64,000 bases of DNA from the human T2T-CHM13v2.0 reference genome, Homo sapiens. The position numbers were made by a program, and so were the translations under genes. A model generated the notes under the pieces. It had not been told where the DNA came from and did not search any database. It was given only the letters and a program-made list of their open reading frames with translations. Where the stretch lies: NCBI RefSeq assembly GCF_009914755.1, contig NC_060930.1, one strand, 5' to 3'. Shown in pieces: positions 43,165-57,570 of this stretch (the stretch's first letter is position 1; each line of letters opens with the position of its first letter).

Positions 43165-44444
43165 GGGAGTTTGTCTTTTTAAAAAGAAATTGAAAGTTTT
43201 GTTCTTGCTTTAAGTATGAAAATTATTTGGTTTTGTAAAATTGGAGAAGGAGATGCAGGATTTTTACATTTCATAATACAGTTAAAATATATTTTCTGGC
43301 AAACAGGTTTTAAGCATGTATATACACTGTTCATTTAAATTTACATTTCTGGATGTTATAAAACCAGCCTTGTTAGTACACGTGATTCTGGCTTTTTTGT
43401 TGGAAGGAGGGAGAATGGAGGATTAAGGCAGATTAGAGTGTTGGGATAATGTCTGACTTTTTGTGTTCTGTGTGCTCAGAAATGAAATTCCTCCAAATCT
43501 GGATGTTACTATGGTGATATTAGCAAAATGTGACTTTTTGGTTGGTATAGTTTAGTACAGTGCTTGTAGGGGCAATAGACTGTGTCACTTGTTTTCTGAA
43601 TCAATATGTTTTGCCAGTGCTGACATAACTTCATGAGGGTTTCTGGTGATGCAGAATTGCCACTGCCTGTCAAGATTTGCCCCATCTGTCAAACATCTGT
43701 CACATTCCACTGTGCTCCTAATAGACTGGATTACATCCAAGAGGCTGGAGAATCTGATGAAGAGAGCCTCATTCTAGGGTTTAATCCAGAATAAAAGCAA
43801 CATTATTATAGCTACCATTTATTAAATCAGTCCGTGTTCCAGGCACTGTGCAAGATACATTATGACATTATCCTGAATGCATTTAAATGAAAGTTACTTC
43901 CTTAGCGCAGCTGCCACTTGATCCATGAATTTATGATCATAAGTAGATCAACTTGGACTCTCTGGACTGAGATGTCCCCTACTTTAAAACAGGGATGATC
44001 TCTCACTGATACTGGGAAGAAGAGCTCTGAGCTCTGCAAGACTAAAGGTGCTACTGTTTTATGGTAACTGCATTTTTGGCATTTGAAAGTCTAGATGCAC
44101 ACATTCAGCTTCTGTCTCAGTCCTGAGAGTGGTTGTGTTTTATTGGCTGATGAGTTATTTCCACATATCACATGTACAAGGTATTTGAATGAAGGTGCTT
44201 TGTAGTCATGACACACTACTCTTTTATTAATTATTAATATCTTAAGATTACAATTTGAGAGGTAGAGATGGTATTGTTTTTAATGGGTGTGGGGGGTGGT
44301 GATGATAGGTATTTTTACCCTGGTAAGTGACCTACTAGGTTTTATTAAGTGTTGCAACTTGTCCAGTGTGTGTATGGGGGAAGGGAGGTAGGAAGAATCT
44401 CAGGAATTTCTCTTATGCTTTTTTTTCCTTCTGTTCATTTCTAG

Positions 44445-44501
44445 TCTTTATAACCTGGCTTCACTGGAACTGAGAGAGAATCTTCTTACATATCTTCCTG
44501 A
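44445..44501 (+). CDS. LRRC1: LRRC1 exon 5 (57 nt, phase 2-2)
   Basis: catttctag|t ctt tat...cct ga|gtgagt; LYNLASLELRENLLTYLP(D). Confidence 0.96.
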
Positions 44502-44775
44502 GTGAGTCTTTGGGGAAAATAAGAGGAGATTTTGTGCAGAATGAATTTAAGTATTTAAAAAAACAGGACTACAGTATTACGTGAAAACATTTGTGTGTTT
44601 TGGGAAGTTTGGGGGATGCCAGCCGGCCTTTTCTTAACAATCCTTCCTGTGCAATATTTTCTACCATAAAAATAAAAATGGACCTTATTTTTGAAGCTAG
44701 TCCAAGTGAGGGATACTATATTGCTCAGCATTTCTAAGTATTCTCTAAGTGCTCTTTATTTATTTTTTAAAATAG

Positions 44776-44839
44776 CTCTCTTACCCAGCTGCGAAGACTA
44801 GAAGAACTTGATTTAGGAAACAATGAAATATATAATTTG
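44776..44839 (+). CDS. LRRC1: LRRC1 exon 6 (64 nt, phase 2-0)
   Basis: aaaatag|c tct ctt...aat ttg|gtaagt; SLTQLRRLEELDLGNNEIYNL. Confidence 0.96.
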
Positions 44840-45231
44840 GTAAGTCCGTATTAGAGATTTGAATTTAACTTTGTTTTTAGTTATGATCACACAGTATTTG
44901 GGGGAGTTCTATAGGGATCTTTATGAAGCCAGTATTTCCACAGATGTAACTTGGGGACACTAGAGAACCAGCTTTATTTCACACAAGTTAGGAATTATGA
45001 TTCATGGGTGGGGGAGGTCAGGACTAGAGATGATGGACATAGGTGGAAACAACTGGCATTCTTGGGGAAAGTTTGGGCACTTTGAGGAAAGGGGCTGGAT
45101 GTTAAGAGAAGTACCAGTGAACATCTGCTAAGGTACCCAGTTGTTAACAGATGAATTCAGTTTCTTTCTTTCTTCAGGGAAGACTGAAAATTGAATCTTT
45201 GTTACCGTAACTTTTTTTTCTTTTGTTTTAG

Positions 45232-45354
<123 letters not shown>

Positions 45355-47693
45355 TAAGCTTTGTGTATTTCCTGCTGCCACATAAGGTTTGCTATAAAAG
45401 GATCTTGAAAACCAAAAACATTGATTGAAAAGGCACATTTGGAAAAAACATATTGAGCATGCATCATTCTCCATTGCCATATAAAAACTGAAAACCTCAA
45501 CCCACCATTTGTAAATATAGTAAATATTTCCTTTAGTTTGTAAAATCTGTATTTTATTGTGTCCTTGCTACCCATATAGCTTACTTCAAGCCCAGCAGAT
45601 TAGTAAATTGCCAGGACCCATGATTCTGATGGTATACCTTTCCGCCACTCCATGATGTGCCAAGTGCTTTGGGATAATTTGACCATGTTTTGCCCCATAA
45701 TAACTCATGTAAAAGCAATGTTAAATGCTTTTATTTCAGATTTTTTCCAAATGTTGCTTATGGTTTAGCTGGCATGTCATGGTGTTCAGGCCTTTCCTAC
45801 TGTTCTCAAGTGGAAGAACCATGTCCCAAATGAAGCGGAGTCTTGTATAGACTTCTGAGCACATAGTCATCTTGTGGAGTCTTAGCAGACAGGCCTACAT
45901 TCTAAGACAGAAACTGAGAAGTCTGAAACAAACAAAACCAACAGGCATTTTCCTCTTGTATTTTTTTCTCCAACTATTACTGAATTTTATTCTTTGATGT
46001 CTCTCACAGCCAGTTTTTCATGTGACCAGTTGTAAAGGGCTCTGTATTTTCAGTGGGGAATGCCATATCAATGCAGGGAACCCTAATACTAGAAGAAAGC
46101 ACTTTAGTAAATTTTTAGTTGTTATAGCACTGAAGTTTCCATGATGTCACCTAATGACTAATGGAACTAAGGAACTAATTTAAGTCTGTTTATGAGATCT
46201 TGGCTACAGTTGGGAAAAGGAGACAGATTAGCAACTCTTGTGGGTAGAGTTCGATTCGTACTTAGATTTCTCTAGGAAATATGTGGGAAATCCTGGTTGA
46301 AAGGATGCTAGTTACTTTAGAAGTCAAAGGATGGGAGAAAACTATCATGACATTATCAGGAAAGTAATAAAATATCTGTAGGACATAAAGGGGAAAGGAA
46401 AGAGGTGTGTATGTTCAGATGTGTGTAAATGACTGTGCAAAGTGTGATATTCTAAATACAAAGAAATTAAAATTCCAATGATTGTGCTGTAAATGATTAT
46501 TTAAAAATCTCATTTGCTCCTATAGTATAAATTTGTGTTAAATCAGCATAAACACACCAAAAAGTCTTAAATAATTAGAATGATTTTTCTTATCTTCAAT
46601 GATGATGGAAAGAGAAAGATACAAAGGCATTGTTAAAAGGAATTAATGAAAAGTAAAACAACTTCAGGGATCTGGCCTGAAATTAGTATAAATCTAGTCT
46701 AGTTTCCTTTAGACAGGAAATACAGGGGCAGGATCATAAGGCAATATCAGGTGGATGATAAGCTGGAAAGAATAGATCAGACCAAATTAAATATAGATGG
46801 AGGAATTTGTACTCATGTAGACATCAGGGAGCCACAAGATGTTTTTTGAAAAGAAGGTGGTCCAATTATAGGACGAGAACTGGCTGTGTTTCAGGAAGGA
46901 AATGAGGAAGCACAGTTTATGGAATGGTCTCAGGAAAGGGGAAGTTAAGACTAGAGCCCAAGAGGCAGAGCTGACAGTCAAGGTAAAGGAGTAATGAGGT
47001 TAAGATTTAATATTGGGAAGTGGAATGGAAAAGTGGAGTCAGTGATAAGAGAGAAAGCTTGCACTTTGGGAATAGAAGAAAAGGTAGGTCTTGAATAGAA
47101 TGTTAGACTCATGGAGGTACTTTACCTTATCCTGGTAGACTGTTTTCACTAAAGGCAGTATGCTGCTTTTAATGTTAAAGATACAGATAGGTATGTATGT
47201 TCCGGTTTTGCTGGGGAGCAATTGCATTGATGTTTGTGCTAACGAGTGCTACCTGTCATGGAAGGAAAATACAAAGTAGGTAGGTTCTTACCAGAGGAAA
47301 TCCCAGGGTCACCCTGCAGTGTAAGCTGCTTACTAGAGATCAATTCCGAACTTGAAAAGCTAAATTCTAGCCTCCTTTTTCTTTTCTAATTGTGTGACCC
47401 TGCAGTCGTTTTTTCTCCTGTATCTTCACCTATTAAGTGGGAATGATTCCTTGCCTGCCTGAAAGGTGGAGGGCTTTGCATCCCTCCCAGCTCTGGGTCT
47501 GTGATTCATTCAACTTCCCACTTTCATTGGAAGGGGATCTAGGAATTTGCCCCTGCCTTCACATTTGGATTCATGCTAAAGATAACATCCTTAGGACCGC
47601 CCTGGGATTTAATTGTGAAAAATCACTGGAACAAATGCCTCTGCACTGTGGCAGGTTTAAGTGTGCGTTTATTTTTCCATGTCATTGTTATAG

Positions 47694-48283
<590 letters not shown>

Positions 48284-49231
48284 TTGCTGTTTGTTTTTAA
48301 AGAAGGAAAGCAAAGAGTATTTATTACAGCAGAAGTTTCTCTACATGCAGATGTTTCTGTCATCCTGGCTTGGTATCTATTACTGCTGTCGTTACTTTTA
48401 AGCATCGATTCATCTCTACTTCATCTGTATCTTCTCTCAATGATTTCATGAGGGATTACCCCAAATAATAAAATGTATTTAAGGCATATGAGCAGTCACT
48501 AAGAAATTTCTAATTTGGCATCCTAATAGTTCATGAGAAAATGACTGACTTATTCCATGACCTAAGGGAGGTGCTGAAAGAGTGGCGTAATTGAATTGAG
48601 CCTTTTTTAGTACATCGATCATCCTTTTATCATTCTGTGCTATTTTCTTTTAAAAAAAAATCAATCTAGACATTTTCTTTACTATGAAGGAACTTAGTCC
48701 AGTGTGAGAAATTAAACGCAGAGAAAGTATAAACAGATACGGACTTGGGAGCTCCATTGTAGCAAAGCCACTTTGAAGTTGAAAGAGACTGTATTTAACC
48801 ATGGAGTTATCGTAGGATTGCTGTCTTTAATTTTATGCAGAACATCACATCAAAAGAAGTTTTTGAAAGGTTTTCAATAGTTGGAGAACTTGTATGGCAG
48901 AAGACCACTCCCTCCGTGGTATGTGGTCAAGATGAAAATTTCAGTAGAAATTCAGACATTGTGTTTTGGTTAAACCCAGCTGGAAAATCGGTAGGGGTTT
49001 TGGCTCTATGCGAGATGTTCACTGAGAATCGTTTATGGCATCTGAAAAGGGTTGTAGAGACTGGGCATGTTTTGTTGCTTGGAATAGGAAGCAGCAGCAA
49101 GCATGAGGCTGACTTCAAACGTTTAAAGGACTGTCTTCCAAAGAAAGAGATGTATTACAGCTTTCTGATCAAATGGGCAAAATGAAAGTATTGTGAATTT
49201 CATTTAAGAAAGAGCTTTAAAAAGCAAAGAT

Positions 49232-49507
49232 GGCTGGGCATGGCTCACACTTGTAATCCTAGCACCTTGGGAGGCCAGGAGTTTAAGACCAGCTTGGGCA
49301 TCATAGTGAGACTTCCTATCTACCAAAAATAAAATTATTAGCCAAGTGGGGTGGCACATGCCTGTAGTCCTAGCTACTCAGAAGCCTGAAGGGGAAGGAT
49401 TGCTTGAGTCCAGGAGTAGGAGTTTGAGGCTGCGGTGAGCCGTGATTGTACCGGGGTACTCCAGCCTGGGCAATAGAGTGAGGCCCTGTCTCTTAAAAAA
49501 AAAAAAA
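49232..49507 (+). mobile_element. Alu (AluJ-type) with left-arm deletion
   Basis: gggaggcc|aggagttt deletion; TSD aaaaagcaaagat. Confidence 0.9.
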
Positions 49508-50472
49508 GCAAAGATATGTTACAAATCAGTTTGGGCTGTTTAGTGAAGAAATGAGTACCTTGTCACTAGAAGTATTCAAGGAGAGGCTAGAAGACTAGTT
49601 GCCAGGAGACTTCTCTGTTGGGGTGAGATGTTTCGGTGCTTGGCTGTGCTATTCAGCATACCCTGCAGAAAATGCTAGTGGATCTCCTGACCGTGAGGGC
49701 AGGTGGAAACCCTCCAGTGACAGTGTTAGGCTATTGATTATGCTAAATAAAGAGCTTAAGAATTGGTTCCTTCTCCTATCTTGCCCTGTGGCTGCACCCG
49801 AGGCAAGATACGCCTTTCGGTATTTTTCTTTCTCCAGCTTTATGACTGTGTTAGAATAGAGGATGTTTTCTGATGTAGTGGGGAAAGTGTCAATGTGTTA
49901 GCCACTCAGTAGAGAATGAAGGGCGCCTGCTCTGTGGGCTTAATCCCATGACTTGTTGAAGTGAGAATCTGAATGACTTTACTAGTGGCTAGTGGGGACT
50001 CTGAGGAGGCTGCAGTAAGACTTGCTCTTCTTTCCCATGAACAGTGGGTATCACCAGGACGTCAAGTCTTCCTGGCCTGAGTGAAATAGACTCCATCCTT
50101 AATATGGCTTTCCAGAGGTTACCGCTTTATTCTGCACCTGTAGAAATACCGCACTGTAGGGATCTTCGTTGAGTCATTTTCATTCATAGGTGATTTAATA
50201 AACTATTTTTTTTTTGTTTATTATAAGGATAATGCTTGGAGTAAAATGAAAGTCTCCTCTGTGCATGAAACACCTCCACGGAGAGAAAGCTGTTTTGTTT
50301 TTCTGTAAATTTCTTGGCTTTGATGCAATGTTTTTATGCTTTTTAAAATGTTTTGTTTCTTATTGCTGACCGTTTTTGATGTTCTAAACAAATTATTTTA
50401 ACTCCCAACCTTCAGTGATCTAAATGATAGAGTTTCATAATGTGAAAAGCTAGATGAGGAAAAAATAAGTAA

Positions 50473-50730
<258 letters not shown>

Positions 50731-51421
50731 TAGGGTAGATTCTACTTAATTTGTAATTTGAGTGGACTAAATGGAAATTTCTTCATATTACATCCCAAAA
50801 CGGTCTTACAAAGCAAATGCATGACCTAAAGATCAGTTTTTAACCTGCTTAAGCAAAGAAAGTGGTGCTTAGGTTTCCCTGTTGAGCCTGTGTCCCAGTT
50901 GTGGTGCTTTGAATATAGAGACTGAACAAATGCCTCACAGATGTCTCCAGTGAGGTGTGGGGATAAGCTACTCTCGTTGGATGTGTTGATGCCCCAGCTG
51001 TGGTGCCCAGAGACCACCACTGGGAATATTCATCAGGATTCCTCTGGCCTCTCTCTGGGTTCTTTGAGCAAATGGGAAGAGCAGGAGAGAAGAGGAACGA
51101 GATGGACGTTGGCCAGGAAAAGCCTTGGCAGGATGGGGGCTGGGAAACGCTCTTGATCAAGGAGCCAGAGGATGGCATCTGATGGGCTCTGGTTAAGGCT
51201 GCTTCTTATTAGAACTTGGAAGTGGAGGGGACTGGAGGGGTCCTCTACCTGGACCAGGCTCCCACCAGACAAGGGCAGGGGCAATGCGTGCACCCCCTGG
51301 CAAAGGGTGGGTGGGCAGGGTGGCAGCAGATCTCAGTCGTCTTTTCCTGTCCTGCTGCCCCCTCTGCTTTTGTCAGCCCTTCAGTTGTCACTTCTCCTTC
51401 CCCCACTTTTAGTTGTCATAT

Positions 51422-51553
51422 AGCACTCTCTTTTCTTCAGTTTACTCTCCTACTTTTCTCTTTTCTCCATCTTCATTTTGTCATTTTTTTTTTACTCTCT
51501 TTTCCCTTTTCCTTTTCCTTTTCGCTTTTCCTTTTCCCTTTTCTCCTTTCTCT
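51422..51553. repeat. CT-rich low-complexity tract
   Basis: nearly pure pyrimidine ttttcc-type repeats. Confidence 0.85.
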
Positions 51554-52322
51554 ATAAATAGAGTAAGTAATGTTCTTTAGGTGGAAAGAGCAGAAGGGAC
51601 AGCAAGAAAGGATGGAGTGCACAGATGTGGGTGGGGAGCCCAGCAGCCCCTCTCCTCAGACAGCTGAAGCAGCCAGCCTCTGGCAGGTGTGGTGGGAGTT
51701 ACCAAATCTTCCAGTCCTGCTTTGTGATTTTAGGCTTACAAATAGTAATCATAACAACTGTAAAAATAATATTCACCCCTGGATTGCACTGGAGTGTTGA
51801 AGACCCCCATGTGGGTGCCAGCCTGGTTCTGGTAGAGCTCTGCTCCCCACTCCAGGATGCTCACCTTTCTCCCATCCCCATAGCCCTTGCCTTTCCCTGC
51901 CCATGCGGCACCCTGCTTCGGGTGCTGATTCCCTGCCCCAGTGCTCTGGCTTCCACGGACATCTAAGCCACTGTCCCAGTGTGGTCCTTGAAGGTGCAGG
52001 CAGGGCAGGAATGAATCTTGAGGGTGCAAATTCTCACTTCCTTGAGTTGAACAGCATCTTTTTCCCTTTACAAGATGATTCCCTGTTCCCAGGTCTCTAC
52101 TTTTGACTTCATTCCTTTAAAACAGACTTATCATTTCAACAAAAATTCAAAATACTTAATGTCGCACCCCCTAAGGGAACATTACAAATATCTGATATTC
52201 AGCAAGAACTATTGCTTCTGTTGCTGGATGAGATTATATTCTTTAGGTCCTTGCAAAGATCTTATTTACTGTGAGCCATGTTAAAAATGTGTGTTAAATT
52301 AATAGTGAAATTGTTATTTTAA

Positions 52323-52433
<111 letters not shown>

Positions 52434-53087
52434 TGATAATAATTATGAAGAAATAATAATAATACATAAGGGATCAAAAATGTCAAATGCTTTGAAAAGA
52501 CGCATGTGTTGTTTTTTAAAGGTGTGAACTCTAAATCTGTGAGTATAGAGCCAACTGGAGGAATTATGTCAAAGAATGATCATCAGTAACATTAAGGAGA
52601 GTTGGAAAAGGTGAATTTATAGGATTTTAAATGGGAGAAAGAAAGAGATTGACATTTTGGGTTTGATATACAGAGAATGGTGACACCATTGGCAGAAATT
52701 GATAATTTGGGAGTTTGACAGAGGAAGTGGATGCCTTTGGGTTTGATTTTTGAATTTAATGTGAAATTAAGCTCCATCCCATAAGCAATTGGAATTATAA
52801 AAATTGATCTTGATGCAACCATATTTCTGGGCAGAGATTTACATTGGGCCATGCTCATGTCTTGGATGAGGTTGAACAAACTGTTCACAAAGGCATACAC
52901 ATAGAGGAAGGTGAATGGGAAGCTAAAGCCAGCTTCCTAGGACTTTTTTTTTGGTTAGTAGTCTAAGCACGAGAAAATGAGACATCACCATCTGTTGTGG
53001 AGAGTAGCTGTATGGACTGAGAGGCATTTAAATTCTGGCAAGGGAGGTGGAAATGCTGACAATGAGGAGGAAGCTTATAGTGGGTCA

Positions 53088-53317
<230 letters not shown>

Positions 53318-54014
53318 AAGAAGGCTTACTTTCTATTGGGTACTGGAAGTGCTTGGTTGGAGAAGGATAATACTGAGCTTGATTTTTTTTATCAGCAATA
53401 AAGCCTAAAACTAGCTGTTGATGAGCCTTCTCCTTTGCTGGGTCCTCATCTGGAAAGGTATGGTATTTCCTTGGATGATATGATCACTGGCTGGGTGTAG
53501 TTTGCTTCATATTTCTGTTTTGACTTTTTCTAACGTCTATTTTGGTGTAATTTCAAAGCTGCCTTCCAGCCAGTCAGAACATGTGGCGTTCTTGTTTTCC
53601 TAGGGCCACATCTCAGGGTATCTGAACTTCCTCTTTCCTTTCCTCATCTTGGTGTTCGGCCCACAGTGTCCCAGTCTTCTCCCTGGGTAAGGTGGCCAGC
53701 ATTTCTAAATGGAGACATGAGAATATTTACTATAAACATGATCATATTCTGAAACATCCTTAATATGAACACTGTCATCTAAGTAAACTGTTTCTGGCTG
53801 TAAGACTTCAGTCTGTTTCTCAGCAAAACTGGGACTCAACTAAGAGATTCTACTAATTAGAAAAGTTGGCTTCTAGTTTCTAAGCAATAAACCAAAATAC
53901 AGAACTGATATTCTGAACAGTTGAATTTACTCTTGCTGAATAGTGCTTGCAGATGGATAGTAGATTGGGCATATAAACACACATACAGATGTAGAAAATA
54001 TTTCTTTCTTTCTT

Positions 54015-54200
54015 TTTTAATGCCAGGCACTGTACTAGATGCTTTCAAGTATTTGTTGTACTTGTTGAATCCTTACAACAGCTTTTGCAGTCATGATAAT
54101 TTCTTCATTTTACGAGTGAGGAAACGGAGGCCAGTAAGTAGTTTTTCTTACTAGGGCTCACACAGCTGGGAGTTGGTAGAACCTGACTCCAAAGATGAGT
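54015..54200 (-). mobile_element. MIR
   Basis: tgccaggcactgtactagatgcttt...cattttacgagtgaggaaacggaggc. Confidence 0.75.
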
Positions 54201-56439
54201 CTCCCAGTAAACACGTGACCACTTATGTAATGCAGGCTCAGCCCAACCTTTCCATCTGTGTGACCTTGAGGTAGGGCAAGCCCCTGATTTGTTAAGGAAA
54301 AGCCAAAGTATCTTTAGTTTGGACACTACAGAAAATTAACACATTTTAGGTGTTCTTTCAAGGCAGATCATGAGGAGAGCACTTTTAGGTGTAATGTTAA
54401 TTCCCAGCAAGTTTCACCACCCATCCCCAGCTTCCCTGATCCCCTGACTCTCTTTCACAAGATTATGTTCTAGACAAGAACCTTGGAAATTTACTTTCAT
54501 AAAACTTTCACCATCATTTCAGCATCGGTCCTCTTTTTCACTTTAAAAGAATGAAACACACTCAAGAGTTTCTGACTAGAGGGTTATATCTAGTCCATGC
54601 TATGTGTTCACTAAATTTACTAGAACAGTTTTTCATGACGTGAAAAGTGAAAATATGAAAGTATTTCTAACTTCAAAGCGTTTTAGTCATATTTTGTCCA
54701 TTTTCTGAGAAATTATGATTGGTTTTCTGGCTTCTGGCATTTTAGAAAGAAATAGTCTGCGCCTTTCCTTTCAGCTGTCTGATAAAGCAGAGAATGTTTA
54801 GGTTTTTAGGAGTTGGATCTTTTCTAGATCACCTCCTACTTACATACACTCAGCTCCCAGCGTAGGAAAATGTGCTGAGCACATGTCTCCAATTCTCCCT
54901 CGGATCACAGTTTGCTGCCTAGCAGAAATGGTTGAGTGCTTGCCTCTGACCATCAGGGCTGAGCAGCCAAACCAGCAAGAGCCTCCTGACCTCTCATTGC
55001 ATCACGTTGGCCCAGGCAGCACTGTCATGTCATGAGTCTCTGTGCAGTGAGTGTGGTAGGCCCTGTGACTGTGTGTATGTTAGCTCTGCCTCCAAGCTTG
55101 ATGCCATTTGATCAAATCTTGCATTTTCCTGATTGGATTCTTCCAAAAATATATTGCTTTCTCTTGAACAGTTAAGTTGCATACATATCTAAACTGAAAT
55201 GCTGACCGATTCAATTCATATGCCAAAAATCCATAGTAGTATTAATTGCCATTGGTCTGGTATGCTGTGTAGTTCTTCCTATATTTTTTCCTTTAAAAAA
55301 AACAACAACATTTATAGTATTGTGTGTTGCCAGTTTTAGGGCACAGCTCCTTAGTCTGTAGCAGCATTTATTTGCATTTTTTCCCCAAATGGTTGAGGGG
55401 AAGATGTTTGTACCATGTGGGTCACAATATGGATTCTGTTTGTGTTTTGTGGTGTTATTTGTAGTAAACATTTGCAAATCAATGAATGTCTTTTGTTTTC
55501 TTAATTGTTAGCTGCTTGGAAATTTAGAAAAGTCAGGTAAACTTGTTATCTTGTAAGTATTGTTCAGACCACAGTTGCATCTCTAACTTCCATTCTGCTT
55601 CTTAAATGCATGAAGATTCACATTGGCTGACTGCTTTGTGTGCTCTTCATTGTAAAATATTGGACATTTTCTTCTAAATTCATTTTTTTTTTTTTTTTAA
55701 TGACTGCATGGCCTGGAACCTTACTTTGTTATGTGTTTTTCAAGTTTGTTCAGATTATTCACTCTCAAAAGAATGCTTTTCTGTGAATTACATTTTAAGT
55801 TATTCAGAAATCCTGAAAGGCATCATTTGGCAGCTCATCTGTTTTCACTAAATTGTAAGTTTGTCGGCACAAATCTGTCTCTAATGGAAAGGCTAGATTT
55901 GCTTTATTTGCTACACCTGGCATGCCTCTGATTTTTCAAGTCACTTATTTGTGTCTTTTATTTTTCATCCTGTTGCTTAAGTATATATACTTCTGGGAAA
56001 AGATTTCTTAAAAACTCATAGTGTTGGTGGAGAGGAGAGTTAAGGAACATATTGTGCAGTAGTATGATTGATTCATGGATAGATGGAGTTGGTGGTATAT
56101 GTGTGAGCATGAGTATGATGAATGAGAGCCAGACCATAAAGAGTTTTTGGCTAGAAGAAATTGAGCTTATATCCAAGTTTAGGGTCCTGTTTTCTTTTTG
56201 TCTCCATTAAGTCCAAATGAAAGAGACGCCAACTAAGCCACACTTACCCAGTCAGATGAGGCAACATAGCATTTGCAGATCATTCATCAAAGCTTTTTTC
56301 AATCAGGCAACCTGTAAATATTAATTACCCATAAATATTACTATGATACTCAGAAATGCCTGTGGTGATAGAATATTCATTTTGTGGATAGTTTTTCTGC
56401 CTTCTTATTATTGCAATTCAAAATTCTTTCAGTATAAGT

Positions 56440-57570
56440 TTCCGTTGTATTCTAAAATGAATTATTGATTAAAGACATGATATAGAATATAAAAATATTA
56501 GATAAAATATAGTTGACCATCAAATTTCAAGATGGAGAAGTAATTCCTAAACTTGAAATAAGTCATAAAAAATAGTTGATGGATTGTCTACAGGAAAATT
56601 CGATTTCTGATCTTCAAGAAGGTAAAAGCAGCCTTTACTTTCTTGAAAGGGGGCAGGGAGACATTTAAGGCATCTTAAATGAGAGATCTGTCTTTACTCT
56701 ATTAGAAGTTCTTCTACACCAATAAGGAAAAGATGTATTTACTATAGAGAAGTAGACAAAAAGAAACTTCCACAAAAACCAGCAAGTGATTCACACAAGA
56801 ACAAATAGAAATGGCAACTAATGTGAAACAATTTCAGCCTCATCAGTATTCACAAAAAAATTTAATAATGCCAAATTTTGGCAAGGGTGGAGGGAAATAT
56901 ATATTATCATGTAAATATAAATTATTATGACTTTCTGGAAGGGAATATGATAATAGTAAAAACTTTAGAAATGTGCGTACCCTTTGATTCTGCAATTCCA
57001 CGTCTAGGAAAACATTTATGGATATACACTAAGAATGATGTACAAGAACATTTCTCACATTATACATGGGAGCAGGCACCATACCAAGTGTCCACAGAGG
57101 CAGCTAACATGTGCCAGGCATGGTGCCAAGGGCTTTTGCACTTATTCTTATCTAATTATCACAACAGTTCTATGAGGTATAGGTAAACCATTTTCAATGT
57201 CCAACAGATTGTGAAACTAAGACTGAGAGAGGTTAAGTCACTTGTCCAGAGTCACACAGCAAAGAAGTGGCAGACCTAACTAGCATTGTCTAACCTGGGC
57301 AGTTTCTTAAATAATCTGTGATACATCCATAGAAGGAAATAACTATGTGGTCCATAAAAGTCCTCTTAGAAGCATTGTTAAAGTGTGTATGTATAATCAC
57401 AAATGCAAGGCAGTGGTACTGGAAGATTGTACCTCATAATGTTAATACTGATTATCCCTTTGTGGTAAGATTTGATTTTTTTTCATTGTGCTTTCCTGTG
57501 CATGTATGTTTAGTTTTTATTTTTCTAATCAATGTAAGGTACTTTTTTATAATCAGAAAAAAAAAAAAGA
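56440..57570 (+). mobile_element. degenerate L1M 3' region with a MIR (minus strand, ~57100-57270) inside
   Basis: ccctttgattctgcaattccacgtctagg; MIR core gaaactaagactgagagaggttaagtcacttgtcc. Confidence 0.6.
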
